Assembly (NCBI GenBank): GCA_963796685.1
Contig: CAWCMR010000013.1
Coordinates: forward strand, 480,001 to 544,000
Origin: an uncultured delta proteobacterium
GTDB lineage: Bacteria; Myxococcota_A; Polyangia; Fen-1088
Reading direction: 5' to 3'
Length of the DNA: 64,000 nt
The notes under the pieces are model-generated. The model was not told where the DNA came from. It ran no database searches and saw only the letters and a list, made by a program, of their open reading frames with translations. Every line of letters starts with the position of its first letter. Positions within the stretch are counted from its first letter, which is position 1. The translations under genes and the position numbers were made by a program. Of this stretch, positions 1-9,852 are shown piece by piece.

Positions 1-90
1 GTGGGAGGCGTGGTCACCGCGGTTCTGCTCGCCGGTCATTCCGGTCAAAAGTCGCCCTCTTGCGACCAGGGGGTGCCATGCGTTCATTGA
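1..90 (+). CDS. 3' end of an upstream gene (partial); hydrophobic C-terminal tail as in myxobacterial TPR/PEGA-type proteins
   Basis: Frame 1 reads VGGVVTAVLLAGHSGQKSPSCDQGVPCVH* (TGA 88-90) and overlaps the next ATG at 78. Confidence 0.6.
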   Translation: MGGVVTAVLLAGHSGQKSPSCDQGVPCVH

Positions 91-2225
91 GACTTGGCCT
101 TGCGTCTCTCCTTTGCCTGGCTGCGGCCTGCAGCGGCCAAGACACCGGGCTTCTCGACCTGACGCTGAATGCGGATGCTACCAATCCTCCACCGCATGGG
201 GCGGCAGTCGACCTGATGGCCGCCGGAGGAATTCACCGCAGTTTCGCCATCGCGTTTCCACCCGACGGAGCGAGCTCGCTTCGACTGGAGTATCCCGACC
301 TGCCCACCGGCACCATCACCCTCACCGTTCAGACCCTGGACAACAGGGGCTGCGTGCTCGGTGAATCCCCTGCCCCGTTCGCGGTCGCCATCAAGGCCGG
401 CGCGAAGGTGGCCGCGGCGGTCACCATCCAGAAGTCGACCAAGCCCTGCGGGGACGGCGGAAACGCGAGCCCTGGGCTCGACGCGGGCGTCGATGCGGGC
501 CACGCGGACGAAGCTGGAGAACCGGACACGGGGACTGGGCCGGTCGACACGGCTGTCGACCTGGCGACAGATGTTGCGGAGCGCGACACTCCCGCGATCG
601 ACGCTGGGCCGGTCGACCTACCAGTGTCTGATAGTCCACCGGACATGCCATTGGCGGACGTTTCGCCAAGCATCGATAGCCCGCCGGACGGCGCCGACGC
701 CCCCTTCGCTTCTGGTCCCACCATCCTCAGCTTCACCGCCAGCCCCGCCACCATCAGCGCCGGCTCCAGTACCACTCTGACTGCGATATTCACGAGTGCG
801 AACTGGTCGAGCATCGACCACGGCATTGGTACCGTCACCAGCGGCACGAGCATAGGAACCGGCCGCCTATCCGCGACCACGACGTATCAACTGACCGTCA
901 TCGACTCGACGGGCAATTCGGTCACGAGACAAGTGACGGTGATGGTCGTGCCCTTGCCGAGCATCAGCAGCTTCAGCGCCCTCATGCCCACCGTCGCCAG
1001 CGGAACGCTGACCGCGTTGGCGCCGGTCTTCACCGGCGGGACTGGGAGTGTTGACACTGGCATCGGTCCCGTCACCAGCGATACACCCGTGCCTACTGGC
1101 GTCCTTTTTGCCAACTCCACCTTCACGTTGACGGTTACCAATGCCGCTGGAGATAGTGCGACAAGTCAAGTAACTGTCATGGCAAGCGCGGCCGTAGGAA
1201 CAGGCGTGTTTACGGCCACAGGGTCCCTATCGCTTGAGAGGGGCGCTCATACTGCAACGCTGCTCCCGAACGGGAAGGTGCTGGTTGCCGGCGGGGACCA
1301 TACCCCGACGGGTGCGACGGACATTCCCCCAAATGGGGAACTGTACGACTCCAGCGCTGGAAATTTCACCCTGACGGGGGCGATGTCCACCCACAGGGAT
1401 GGTCACACGGCCACCCTTCTTCCGAATGGCAAAGTCCTTGTCGCGGGTGGTTGGGGAAATGGCATCGCTCAAACGAGCGCAGATCTGTACGACACGGAGA
1501 CCGGAAGCTTCGTGCCTACTGGAAGCTTAGGTACAGGCAGAACCGGGCATACAGCCACGCTCTTGCCAGGAGGCAAGGTGCTCGTTGCCGGAGGGCAAGG
1601 GAATTCCGGCAGTTTGTCGAGCGCTGAGCTCTATGACGCAAGTACAGGAACTTTCATCCCTACCGGTGGAATGACGGCCATTCGGCAGTATCTTGCCGCG
1701 TCGATCTTACCCAACGGCCAAGTTATGGTCTGCGGCGGCGAGGATCTCGTTGGCGTGAACAATCCAATCCTAGCCAGCGCAGACGCCTTCGATCCGGGCA
1801 GTGCCGTATTCGCGGGAACTGGCGCGATGAACATTGCCAGAATCTGGCATACCGCAACCCTGCTACTGAGCGGTGAGGTCCTCATCATTGGCGGCGCCAA
1901 CAACACCGCGACCGTAGCTGCTGCGGAGCTTTACGATCAAAGCAGCGGCACTTTCAGCCTCACCGGAGCAACCACGGATCCAAGATCCTTTCACTCGGCA
2001 ACGTTGCTGCCGAATGGGAAGGTTCTGGTGGCGGGCGGATCGTACTTTCTGCCAGGCCCGTCTGCGAACACAGTCGTATCGAGTGCGGAATTGTATGATC
2101 CAAACAGCCGCCAATTCACGGCAACTGGATCGATGACTGGTCCACGAGAAGGCCACACCGCAACCCTACTGCAGAATGGAAAGGTTCTAATCACAAGCGG
2201 CTCAAGTGCAGAACTGTACTGGTGA
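78..2225 (+). CDS. Lipoprotein with Ig/PKD-like repeats and a C-terminal Kelch beta-propeller
   Basis: Lipobox LAAAC; acidic DAG linker; two 'I.SF.A....G' Ig-like units; about 7 Kelch repeats (HTATLLPNGKVLVAGG...AELYD). Confidence 0.85.
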   Translation: MRSLRLGLASLLCLAAACSGQDTGLLDLTLNADATNPPPHGAAVDLMAAGGIHRSFAIAFPPDGASSLRLEYPDLPTGTITLTVQTLDNRGCVLGESPAPFAVAIKAGAKVAAAVTIQKSTKPCGDGGNASPGLDAGVDAGHADEAGEPDTGTGPVDTAVDLATDVAERDTPAIDAGPVDLPVSDSPPDMPLADVSPSIDSPPDGADAPFASGPTILSFTASPATISAGSSTTLTAIFTSANWSSIDHGIGTVTSGTSIGTGRLSATTTYQLTVIDSTGNSVTRQVTVMVVPLPSISSFSALMPTVASGTLTALAPVFTGGTGSVDTGIGPVTSDTPVPTGVLFANSTFTLTVTNAAGDSATSQVTVMASAAVGTGVFTATGSLSLERGAHTATLLPNGKVLVAGGDHTPTGATDIPPNGELYDSSAGNFTLTGAMSTHRDGHTATLLPNGKVLVAGGWGNGIAQTSADLYDTETGSFVPTGSLGTGRTGHTATLLPGGKVLVAGGQGNSGSLSSAELYDASTGTFIPTGGMTAIRQYLAASILPNGQVMVCGGEDLVGVNNPILASADAFDPGSAVFAGTGAMNIARIWHTATLLLSGEVLIIGGANNTATVAAAELYDQSSGTFSLTGATTDPRSFHSATLLPNGKVLVAGGSYFLPGPSANTVVSSAELYDPNSRQFTATGSMTGPREGHTATLLQNGKVLITSGSSAELYW

Positions 2226-2272
2226 CCCAGCCACCAGTTGAGCGGCCAAGCCCCATCGTTTGCACCAAGACA

Positions 2273-4159
2273 TTACTGGCCCGGCAGATAGTACTCGTCG
2301 GCACCACAGTCCAGCCTCGTCTCGTTTGGACGAAGCTGGCCATCCATATCGTCAAAGGGATGCGCGACAGTTGAGACGATGAAATTCCTGCAGGGCTTGG
2401 GATATTTCGGCGAGGAGGATGTCAGGTGGTAGGTGGAGTCGAGAGCTGGGTCGAGGGTGAAGCTTGTCGGCCCATCTGGTAATGGCTTCCCAGACTCCCA
2501 TGCACTGGTGCCATCTATCAGGCAGTTGAAGAAGTCTTGTGAGTTGCCATGCATCAACATGCCGGTCAAGATCTGCGTCGTGTCGTAGCACACAACCGCG
2601 GGCGACGTGGAAGCGGTCGAGCCGACGTTGTTCACAACCGTGCTGAACCAGAACTTGTGCGGACCTGACGATGTTCCAACCCCTCCGAAGTAAGCCGCAG
2701 AAAACTGTGTCGTAACCATCGCCACCCCGCCGGAGTTGCCATCGAAAACCGAATTCGAGATGTCGAAATTCGCGCCGGACTGGACGATCATGCCTCCACG
2801 AGTGTTGCCCTTGATTATGCAACGATCCATGCGAAGCGTTCCGCCGGATTCCACCACAATTCCCGTGTTGCTTCCGCCCGCAATAGTCACACCTCTGAGG
2901 TAGAGGTCACCGACCGTCACGTGGATGCCAACGAAAGCACCGGCTGCGGTGGTAGCGCCGTTCTGACCGATGACCGTGATCTGACCCGTGGATGACGTGG
3001 ATGTTGAAGTCACCGGGTAGAGGTTGGACCCTTTCATGACGATGAGCCGCTTGGTGGAGGTGACCGCGTCGATGCCGGCTTGCGAGTCGCAGTAAGGGGA
3101 TGCGGACGTGCCCGCGCCTCCGCTGCAGCCCGCGGCGTTCTGCACGTAGATTGTCTCTGCATCGGTCGCGCAGCGACCGTTGTCGTGGAACATGCATACG
3201 CCGGGGCCGACTCCCTTGTCGGCGCACTGGGTGTCGCTGGTGCAGGCGGCACAGGTGTAGGCGGGAACGGTGGTCGTGGCCGTAAGGTTGCAGATCGGCG
3301 TGGCGGTGTTGGTGCAATCTGCGCTACTCGCGCAGCCGACGCACTGACCTGCGACGGACAGGGTGCTCGTGCTGGGCACGCACACCGGGGTCGCGCCGGT
3401 GCACGGGCCGGCCGAGGTCGAACCGCCGTCTGGGGCTCCGGCATCGGCGGCACCGGCGGACGGACCGCCAGCCGTGGCGCCGGGCACGTCACAGCCCACG
3501 CACTGGTTCTGCACGCAGAACGACTTGCCCGCGGTCGGGCAATCGCTGTTGCCCACGCACTCGACGCAGCTACCGGATGCGGCGCACATGGGAGCGCTCG
3601 CCGGGCACGCGCTGCCGCCGTCGGGGCCGCCGGCACTGGAGCAAGAGACGCAGGTGTTCTGCGCTGAGCAGAACGGCACGCCCGCGTCGTTGTTGCACTG
3701 GCTGCTGGTCCTGCAGGCGACACACCTTGTGTTCACGCAGTAGGCGCCGGCCCCCACGCCCACGCAGTCGTTGTCGACCGAGCAGGTCCCAGCGGCATCG
3801 GGAATGCGCGTGTCGGGGCTGGTCACATCCATGATCGGTGCGTCGATGATGCTCGTGTCCAACGCCTGGGTATCAAGCGATGTCCCGTCGGTGACGATGG
3901 GGGCGTCTTTGGCGTCCCCTTCGCTGGCGTCGATGGGTGACGTATCCACGGGAGGGGGACCATCGACGGCGTTTGTATCCGCGATGCCCGCGTCGGTCTC
4001 CGGCACGCACAGGCCAGTCGTGAAGTTGCAGGTGTAACCGAAGTTGCAGGTGCTGTAAGTTGTGTCGCAATAGGTAAAGTCGCGGCGCGTGGAATCGCAG
4101 CCGCCAACCAGCACCAGCAGCAAGGGGAAGACAACGAGTAGTTTGCGCATGGCTTTCAT
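2273..4159 (-). CDS. Cys-rich lipoprotein with C-terminal right-handed beta-helix (pectin lyase-like) domain
   Basis: Lipobox VGGC; repeated C-x-x-C-x5-C units; beta-helix-type G/I/V repeats; DxDGxxR...DCGADE terminal motif. Confidence 0.75.
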   Translation of the reverse strand: MKAMRKLLVVFPLLLVLVGGCDSTRRDFTYCDTTYSTCNFGYTCNFTTGLCVPETDAGIADTNAVDGPPPVDTSPIDASEGDAKDAPIVTDGTSLDTQALDTSIIDAPIMDVTSPDTRIPDAAGTCSVDNDCVGVGAGAYCVNTRCVACRTSSQCNNDAGVPFCSAQNTCVSCSSAGGPDGGSACPASAPMCAASGSCVECVGNSDCPTAGKSFCVQNQCVGCDVPGATAGGPSAGAADAGAPDGGSTSAGPCTGATPVCVPSTSTLSVAGQCVGCASSADCTNTATPICNLTATTTVPAYTCAACTSDTQCADKGVGPGVCMFHDNGRCATDAETIYVQNAAGCSGGAGTSASPYCDSQAGIDAVTSTKRLIVMKGSNLYPVTSTSTSSTGQITVIGQNGATTAAGAFVGIHVTVGDLYLRGVTIAGGSNTGIVVESGGTLRMDRCIIKGNTRGGMIVQSGANFDISNSVFDGNSGGVAMVTTQFSAAYFGGVGTSSGPHKFWFSTVVNNVGSTASTSPAVVCYDTTQILTGMLMHGNSQDFFNCLIDGTSAWESGKPLPDGPTSFTLDPALDSTYHLTSSSPKYPKPCRNFIVSTVAHPFDDMDGQLRPNETRLDCGADEYYLPGQ

Positions 4160-4162
4160 CTC

Positions 4163-5047
4163 CTAGAACTTCCCTTGCAAGCCCAAAGAACGCGGTCCGA
4201 CTGCAACCGACACGCTGGTGCCGTCGTCCCTGCCCCAGATCACCATGGCCGAGCCCGCGGCCATCGAAACCACGCCCACGCTTAGCAGGCTCCAGCCCCA
4301 TTTGCCGGTGTCACGGACAATGATCGGCTTGCCGCTCGGGGTCCTCTCGACGACATTGCCGTCGACGGCGATGTAGTAGACGCCGAACCCGACGGCCAGC
4401 AAGCCCACCGCGCCGAACCCGATTCCCATCATGGGCGTGGGCTGGCGCCACCACGGCGGCGTCGTCGAGACTTCCAAGCCCGGAGGACGTTCCGTATCGC
4501 GAACTGGAACCATGGCGTGAGCTGGTGGCGGCGGCGGTGCGGTTTCCGCGGCCGGAGATGGCGCTTGCTCCTGCATGACGCGGGTCCAGAGCTTGCCGAC
4601 CTTCTCCTGAACCGTCGGCACGAACTGGTCCTCGGCGCACAGCTCGCAGTCCTTGCTGTCGCTGCCCAGCGTCCGTCCCGTTTCCCCATCGCGAACATCG
4701 AGCGTCAGCCGATAGCCGGCGGGATTGGCCACCCCTTGCACGACCAGGACATGCGTGGCTTCGACACGCTTCGCGATGGCCGCGAAACAGGCTGCATCGG
4801 TACACGCGGCGTCTTCTGCGGTCAGGTCTTCGAACGGGACCATGGCCACCGAAAGGTCGTCGAGGGCGGTGGCGACGGCCTGGCGGATGCCGAGCTTCAG
4901 CCTCAGGCTCGCCTGCACGGTGTCCACGACCGCCACCTTCGGACCTTCGGCAAAGGCGACCGCGGGCAGCAAAACCATCCCAACCAGGACCAAGGGTCCA
5001 AACAAGGTTCTTCGGGTGCTAAGCATGGGGGAACGATTGGGGATCAT
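4163..5047 (-). CDS. Secreted/membrane hypothetical protein (C-x4-C / C-x2-C domain, Pro linker, two hydrophobic segments, ends GKF)
   Basis: Signal peptide AFA-E; ends 3 bp before the downstream lipoprotein start; same architecture as 24859-25827. Confidence 0.7.
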   Translation of the reverse strand: MIPNRSPMLSTRRTLFGPLVLVGMVLLPAVAFAEGPKVAVVDTVQASLRLKLGIRQAVATALDDLSVAMVPFEDLTAEDAACTDAACFAAIAKRVEATHVLVVQGVANPAGYRLTLDVRDGETGRTLGSDSKDCELCAEDQFVPTVQEKVGKLWTRVMQEQAPSPAAETAPPPPPAHAMVPVRDTERPPGLEVSTTPPWWRQPTPMMGIGFGAVGLLAVGFGVYYIAVDGNVVERTPSGKPIIVRDTGKWGWSLLSVGVVSMAAGSAMVIWGRDDGTSVSVAVGPRSLGLQGKF

Positions 5048-5051
5048 TCAC

Positions 5052-5085
5052 TTCTAGTCAAGAGTCTGGTGCGTCTTGACTAGAA
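5052..5085. promoter_or_regulatory. Perfect 12-bp inverted repeat (operator or hairpin) immediately upstream of the 5047 start
   Basis: TTCTAGTCAAGA-N10-TCTTGACTAGAA. Confidence 0.5.
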
Positions 5086-5093
5086 ATGTTGCG

Positions 5094-5993
5094 CTACCTG
5101 TGCGCACGGAACGACCCGGCGACTCCGAGGAGGACCAGGCCCGCGCCGGCCAGCGAGGTGCCCACGATGCGCTCGCCCAGCACCAGCCAGCCGAGGAAAG
5201 CGGCGATCACGGGATTGACGTAGCCATAGGTGAACACCAGGCGCGTGGGCAGGAGGTGCAGCGCCTTCAAGAAGGACGTGAAGGAGATGAGGGAACCGAA
5301 CACGAGCAGGAAGGCGAAAGCCAGCCACGCGCTGCCGGTCGGCTTGGGCACGGGCTCGCCAAAGCTGACAGACAAAATTGCGACGGCCAGGCCGCCGAAC
5401 AGCATCTGGTAGGCCGCGCTGACGATGGCGTCGAGGCCCACCGGGCGACGGCGTTGCAGAAGCGAGCCTCCGCCCCAGCTAAGGGCCGCGATGAGCAGCA
5501 CCACGACGGCAATGGTGTCGGCGCGCACGCCACTGCGCAGGGCCGGATAGCCGATGAGGCCGACCCCGAGAAACCCGACGAACAGGGCCACGGCCACCAG
5601 CTTCGACGGCAACCGCCTGTCGATGGCGCTCTCGAGAAGGGCTACCCAGATGGGGGTGGAGGCGATGAGAAGGGCCGCCAGGGCACTGCTCACGCGCTGT
5701 TCGGCCACCACCACGAAGGCATTGCCGAACGTCCACAGCAGAACGCCCGAGGTTGCCAGCAGCGGGAGCTCGCGGCGGGTGGGCCGCACGCGCAGGCCGC
5801 GCGTTCTCGCCCACACGATGAGCAGCGGAAATGCCAGCAGGCAGCGCATGGCCGCGAGCGCGAAGGGCGGAAAGCCGGCGCCCGGACGAACCGCCACCCG
5901 GATGGCCAGGTAGGTGCTGCTCCAGACGAGATAGACGACGAAGAGGTGCATGAGCCCGCGCCAGGAGACTGCGGGTTGGGATTGCGGGGACAT
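5094..5993 (-). CDS. EamA/DMT family transporter
   Basis: About 10 TM segments; VYLVWSSTYLAIR and YGYVNPVIA motifs (YedA-like). Confidence 0.9.
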   Translation of the reverse strand: MSPQSQPAVSWRGLMHLFVVYLVWSSTYLAIRVAVRPGAGFPPFALAAMRCLLAFPLLIVWARTRGLRVRPTRRELPLLATSGVLLWTFGNAFVVVAEQRVSSALAALLIASTPIWVALLESAIDRRLPSKLVAVALFVGFLGVGLIGYPALRSGVRADTIAVVVLLIAALSWGGGSLLQRRRPVGLDAIVSAAYQMLFGGLAVAILSVSFGEPVPKPTGSAWLAFAFLLVFGSLISFTSFLKALHLLPTRLVFTYGYVNPVIAAFLGWLVLGERIVGTSLAGAGLVLLGVAGSFRAHR

Positions 5994-6029
5994 GGAGGCG
6001 CGGAAGTTAGCAGATTGGTAGCCTATGGA

Positions 6030-6054
6030 GGGCGGGTTTGAAACCCGCCCCTAC
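6030..6054 (-). repeat. GTAG-type REP element
   Basis: Minus strand GTAG-GGGCGGGTTT-C-AAACCCGCCC, a perfect 10-bp stem, intergenic. Confidence 0.7.
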
Positions 6055-6065
6055 AACCCGCATGG

Positions 6066-7883
6066 CTAGCGGTACCCCTCGGCTTGCAACGCGAATAGGC
6101 GGGCGTAGCGGGCACCGGCGGCCAGCAGCTCGGCGTGGGTCCCTTGCTCGATGACGGTGCCGTTTTCGAGCACGACGATTCGGTCGGCCATGCGCACGGT
6201 GGGGAACCGGTGGGAGATGAGAATCGTGGTGCGTCCCTCGGCCAGGGCGCGAAAGCGCTGGAAGACCGCGTGCTCGGCTTCGGCGTCGAGTGCGGCGGTG
6301 GGCTCGTCGAGGATCAGGATGTCGGCCTCGTCGCGCATGAAGGCGCGTGCCAGTGCCACCTTCTGCCACTGCCCGCCCGACAGATCGACGCCCTCCTTGA
6401 ACCAGCGGCCGAGCTGGGTTTCAAGCCCGGTGGAAAGGCCAGCCACCAGCGCGCGCGCGCCGCCGTGGTCGATGGCGCGGGCCAGTCGCAGGTCGTCCTG
6501 CAAGTGCTCGACGCTGCCGAAGGCGATGTTCTCGCGCAGCAGAAGCTGGTACTGGTTGAAATCCTGGAAGATGACGCCGATGCGGCGGCGCAGGGCCTGC
6601 TCGTCCCAGTCGTCGAGGTTGAGGCCGTCGAGCAGCACGCGGCCCTCGCTGGGACGATACAACCCCGAAAGCAGCTTGATGAAGGTAGTCTTGCCGGCGC
6701 CGTTTTCTCCGACGAGAGCCAGGCTTTGTCCCTTGGGCACGAAGAGGTCGACGTTGCGCAAGGCCCAGAGCTCGGAGCCGGGATAGCGAAAGCCGACCCC
6801 CTCGAAGCGGATGCCTTCTTCGGGCTGGACCACGGCCGGCGCGCTCGATCGAATCCGCTCGGTCGGGATGGCCAGGTACTCGAACAGGTTCGACATGTAG
6901 AGCGTGTCCTCGTACATGCTGCCCACGGCGGTCAAAATGGCTTGAAAGCTCTGCTGTCCCTGCCGGAAGGCCACAAGGTAGAGGGTCATGTCGCCCAGCG
7001 AAAGGCCACCGCGTACCGTGGTGGCCACGATGAAGGCGTAGCAGCCGTAGAACACGGCCGTGCTGACGAGTGATAGGCCATAGCCCCAGCCCGCGCGGCG
7101 CACGGCGAGCTGCCGATCTTCGGCGTAGAAACGCTCGGACAGGCTGCGATAGCGACCGAGCAACAGCGGTCCCAGCCCGAGCAGCTTCACCTCCTTGGCG
7201 TGCTCGTCGTTGGCCAGCACGTACTCGAGATAGAGCAGCCGGCGCGTGTCGGGCGAGCGCCAGTTGCGCAAACGGAACGCGGCGCCCGAATACTTGGCCT
7301 CGGCGATGAAGGCGGGAATCGTGGCGGCCAGCAGCGCGAAAACCATCAGGTTCGAGAAGCGCACGAGCAGCACGACGTAGCCGGCCAAGGTGAGAATGCT
7401 GCGCAAGACCTGGAAGTTGCTTTCGATGAGCGAGAGCGGGCGCAACGAGGCCTCGCGGCGGGCGCGCGAGAGCTTGTCGTAGAATTCGGAGTCCTCGAAG
7501 TGCCGCAGCTCGAGGGTTTCGGCCTTCTTCAAGATGGCGAGGTTGACGTCGATGCCCAGCCGCGCACCAACCAGTTGCCTGACCAGCCCGAGGGAGCGTT
7601 CGAGCAGCGCCATGGCGGCGACCACGGCCAGCTCGAACAACACCATGCGCACGGCGCGGTCGCTGTCGCGGGCAACCACGGCGTCGACGATCAGCTTACC
7701 CACGTAGGCCACGAGGGGCGGCAAGGACGCCGCCAGGATGGTCAGTACGCCGAGACTCGCGGTTCCAAGTCGCGACGAACGCCAAACCAGGCCCAGGGTC
7801 TGGCGCGAGCGCAGAGCGCTGGCCGAGAGGCGCTGCCCGAGACCGACGGGCGTAGAAGGTTGAGGCGGCGGCGACGTAACCAC
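6066..7883 (-). CDS. ABC exporter, fused permease/ATP-binding protein
   Basis: N-terminal TMs; Walker A GENGAGKTT; signature LSGGQWQ; Walker B ILILDEPT. Confidence 0.93.
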   Translation of the reverse strand: MVTSPPPQPSTPVGLGQRLSASALRSRQTLGLVWRSSRLGTASLGVLTILAASLPPLVAYVGKLIVDAVVARDSDRAVRMVLFELAVVAAMALLERSLGLVRQLVGARLGIDVNLAILKKAETLELRHFEDSEFYDKLSRARREASLRPLSLIESNFQVLRSILTLAGYVVLLVRFSNLMVFALLAATIPAFIAEAKYSGAAFRLRNWRSPDTRRLLYLEYVLANDEHAKEVKLLGLGPLLLGRYRSLSERFYAEDRQLAVRRAGWGYGLSLVSTAVFYGCYAFIVATTVRGGLSLGDMTLYLVAFRQGQQSFQAILTAVGSMYEDTLYMSNLFEYLAIPTERIRSSAPAVVQPEEGIRFEGVGFRYPGSELWALRNVDLFVPKGQSLALVGENGAGKTTFIKLLSGLYRPSEGRVLLDGLNLDDWDEQALRRRIGVIFQDFNQYQLLLRENIAFGSVEHLQDDLRLARAIDHGGARALVAGLSTGLETQLGRWFKEGVDLSGGQWQKVALARAFMRDEADILILDEPTAALDAEAEHAVFQRFRALAEGRTTILISHRFPTVRMADRIVVLENGTVIEQGTHAELLAAGARYARLFALQAEGYR

Positions 7884-7954
7884 GACCCACCAACTCTAGC
7901 GCAAAGATCTCGAGCCGCCCCGACGTAGGCGACGATCGACCGGCCAGCGGCCAA

Positions 7955-8347
7955 CTATTGACACTGATAGCTAGCCTGCACGTGGCAGGCGTCTTCACCA
8001 ATCGCCTTGCGACAACTCATCTCGAACAGGCATTGCCAGCTCGCCGCGGTCATCTTGGCCTGCACGGCGGCCTCCGTGCAGGTCGAGGTGCACTGATCGA
8101 GGAGAACAGTATTGAACAGGTCGATATAGGCGGGATTTCCCTTGTCCTCGGCGCACAGGTGGCCGCCGCAGTCGACCAGCCGAGCGCACAAGGTCGCGCA
8201 GCTCATCTGGCTGGGTGGCGTTTCATTGGCCCCATAACCGGTGTCGGGGTGGCCGCTGCTGCCATCACACCCTGCAAGCCCATACCCAAAAGCGACGACC
8301 GCAAGCAACCCCACCGAGGAGCACATGCGCACAATCCATTCACGCAT
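7955..8347 (-). CDS. Small Cys-rich lipoprotein
   Basis: Lipobox LAGC followed by 10 Cys in about 100 aa. Confidence 0.7.
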   Translation of the reverse strand: MREWIVRMCSSVGLLAVVAFGYGLAGCDGSSGHPDTGYGANETPPSQMSCATLCARLVDCGGHLCAEDKGNPAYIDLFNTVLLDQCTSTCTEAAVQAKMTAASWQCLFEMSCRKAIGEDACHVQASYQCQ

Positions 8348-8403
8348 GTCCGCGAGGGTAACACGGCTTGGGGGGTCGTGTCACTCCAGCGCGTGAGACA
8401 GTG

Positions 8404-9801
8404 CTACAAGGAGACCAGGCGCAACTGGCGCGCGCGGATGGGGGCCGGCAAGGGGATCGGGTAATTGTTCGAGAAGCAGGCGTCGCACAGCCCGCGGTGT
8501 TCCTGCTTGGTCAGCACCTTGGACACGGCGGCGTGCAGCCCCTCGAGCGAGAGGTAGCCGAGGGTGTCCGCGCCCACGAACCGGCGCACCTCGTCCACCG
8601 AGTGCGAGCTGGCGATGAGCTTGTTGCGATCCGGGGTGTCGATGCCGTAGTAGCAGGGACCGATGGTGGGCGGCGAGCTGATGCGCAGGTGAACTTCCTT
8701 GGCGCCGGCCGAGCGAATCATGCCGATGATTTTGCCCGACGTGGTCCCGCGCACGATGGAGTCGTCGACCACCACCACGCGCTTGCCCGTAAGCACGTCG
8801 CGCACCGGAGACAGCTTGAGCTTCACCCCGAAGTGGCGGATGGACTCGGAGGGCTCGATGAAGGTGCGTCCGATGTAGTGCGAACGGATGAGGCCCTGGT
8901 CGAAGGGAATACCGCTTTCGCGTGCGTACCCGATGGCCGCGGCCGTGCCTGAGTCGGGCACGGGGATCACGATGTCCGCCTCCACCGGATGCTCGACGGC
9001 CAGCCGGCGGCCCATGCTCTCGCGTGCGCCGTACACCGACTGCCCCGCGATGGTCGAGTCGGGCCGGGCGAAGTAGATCCACTCGAAGACGCAGCGGCGT
9101 GGCTCTTCGGGCATGAACGGCCGCAGGCTGCGCGCGCCGTCGTTGTCCACGACCAGCATCTCGCCCGGTTCGATGTCGCGGATGAACTCGGCCTCGATGA
9201 GCTCGAAGGCACAGGTCTCGGACGACACGACCCAGCCGTTCTTCTTGTGCCGGCCCAGCGACAGCGGGCGGAAGCCCATCGGATCGCGCACGGCGATCAT
9301 GGAGGATTCCGACAGGAAGGCGAGCGAGTACGCCCCGTGCACCGAGCGCAGGGCGTCGGCCACCCGCGCGGGCAAATCTCCTTCGCGGGAGCGCGCGAGG
9401 AGGTGAAGGATGATCTCGCTGTCGTTGGTGCTCTGAAAGATCGAGCCCTCGTCTTCCAGGCGCGCCCGAACCTCGGCTGCGTCGACGAGATTTCCGTTGT
9501 GGGCCACGGCGATGGAGCCGTGGGAATAGTTCACGGCCAAGGGTTGCGCGTTCTTCAGCACGGAATCGCCCGTCGTCGAGTAACGCACATGGCCTATGGC
9601 CGAGGAGCCGGGGAGCTGGGCCAGACGATCTTCCGTGAAAATCTCGCCCACGTGACCCATCTCGCGGACCCAGCGCAACTGCTCGCCATCGCTGGAAACG
9701 ATGCCCGCCGATTCCTGGCCCCGGTGCTGCAGGGCGTGCAATCCCAGATAGGCGAGCTTCGACGCCTCGGGGTGGCCAAAAATTCCGATTACGCCACACA
9801 T
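8404..9801 (-). CDS. purF: Amidophosphoribosyltransferase
   Basis: N-terminal MCG nucleophile; [10 protein letters not shown]; GHVRYST; PRPP loop [11 protein letters not shown]. Confidence 0.97.
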   Translation of the reverse strand: MCGVIGIFGHPEASKLAYLGLHALQHRGQESAGIVSSDGEQLRWVREMGHVGEIFTEDRLAQLPGSSAIGHVRYSTTGDSVLKNAQPLAVNYSHGSIAVAHNGNLVDAAEVRARLEDEGSIFQSTNDSEIILHLLARSREGDLPARVADALRSVHGAYSLAFLSESSMIAVRDPMGFRPLSLGRHKKNGWVVSSETCAFELIEAEFIRDIEPGEMLVVDNDGARSLRPFMPEEPRRCVFEWIYFARPDSTIAGQSVYGARESMGRRLAVEHPVEADIVIPVPDSGTAAAIGYARESGIPFDQGLIRSHYIGRTFIEPSESIRHFGVKLKLSPVRDVLTGKRVVVVDDSIVRGTTSGKIIGMIRSAGAKEVHLRISSPPTIGPCYYGIDTPDRNKLIASSHSVDEVRRFVGADTLGYLSLEGLHAAVSKVLTKQEHRGLCDACFSNNYPIPLPAPIRARQLRLVSL

Positions 9802-9852
9802 GGGCGTGTGAACCGTATCACATTTGTCACGAGTTGCACGACGCGGACGCGA

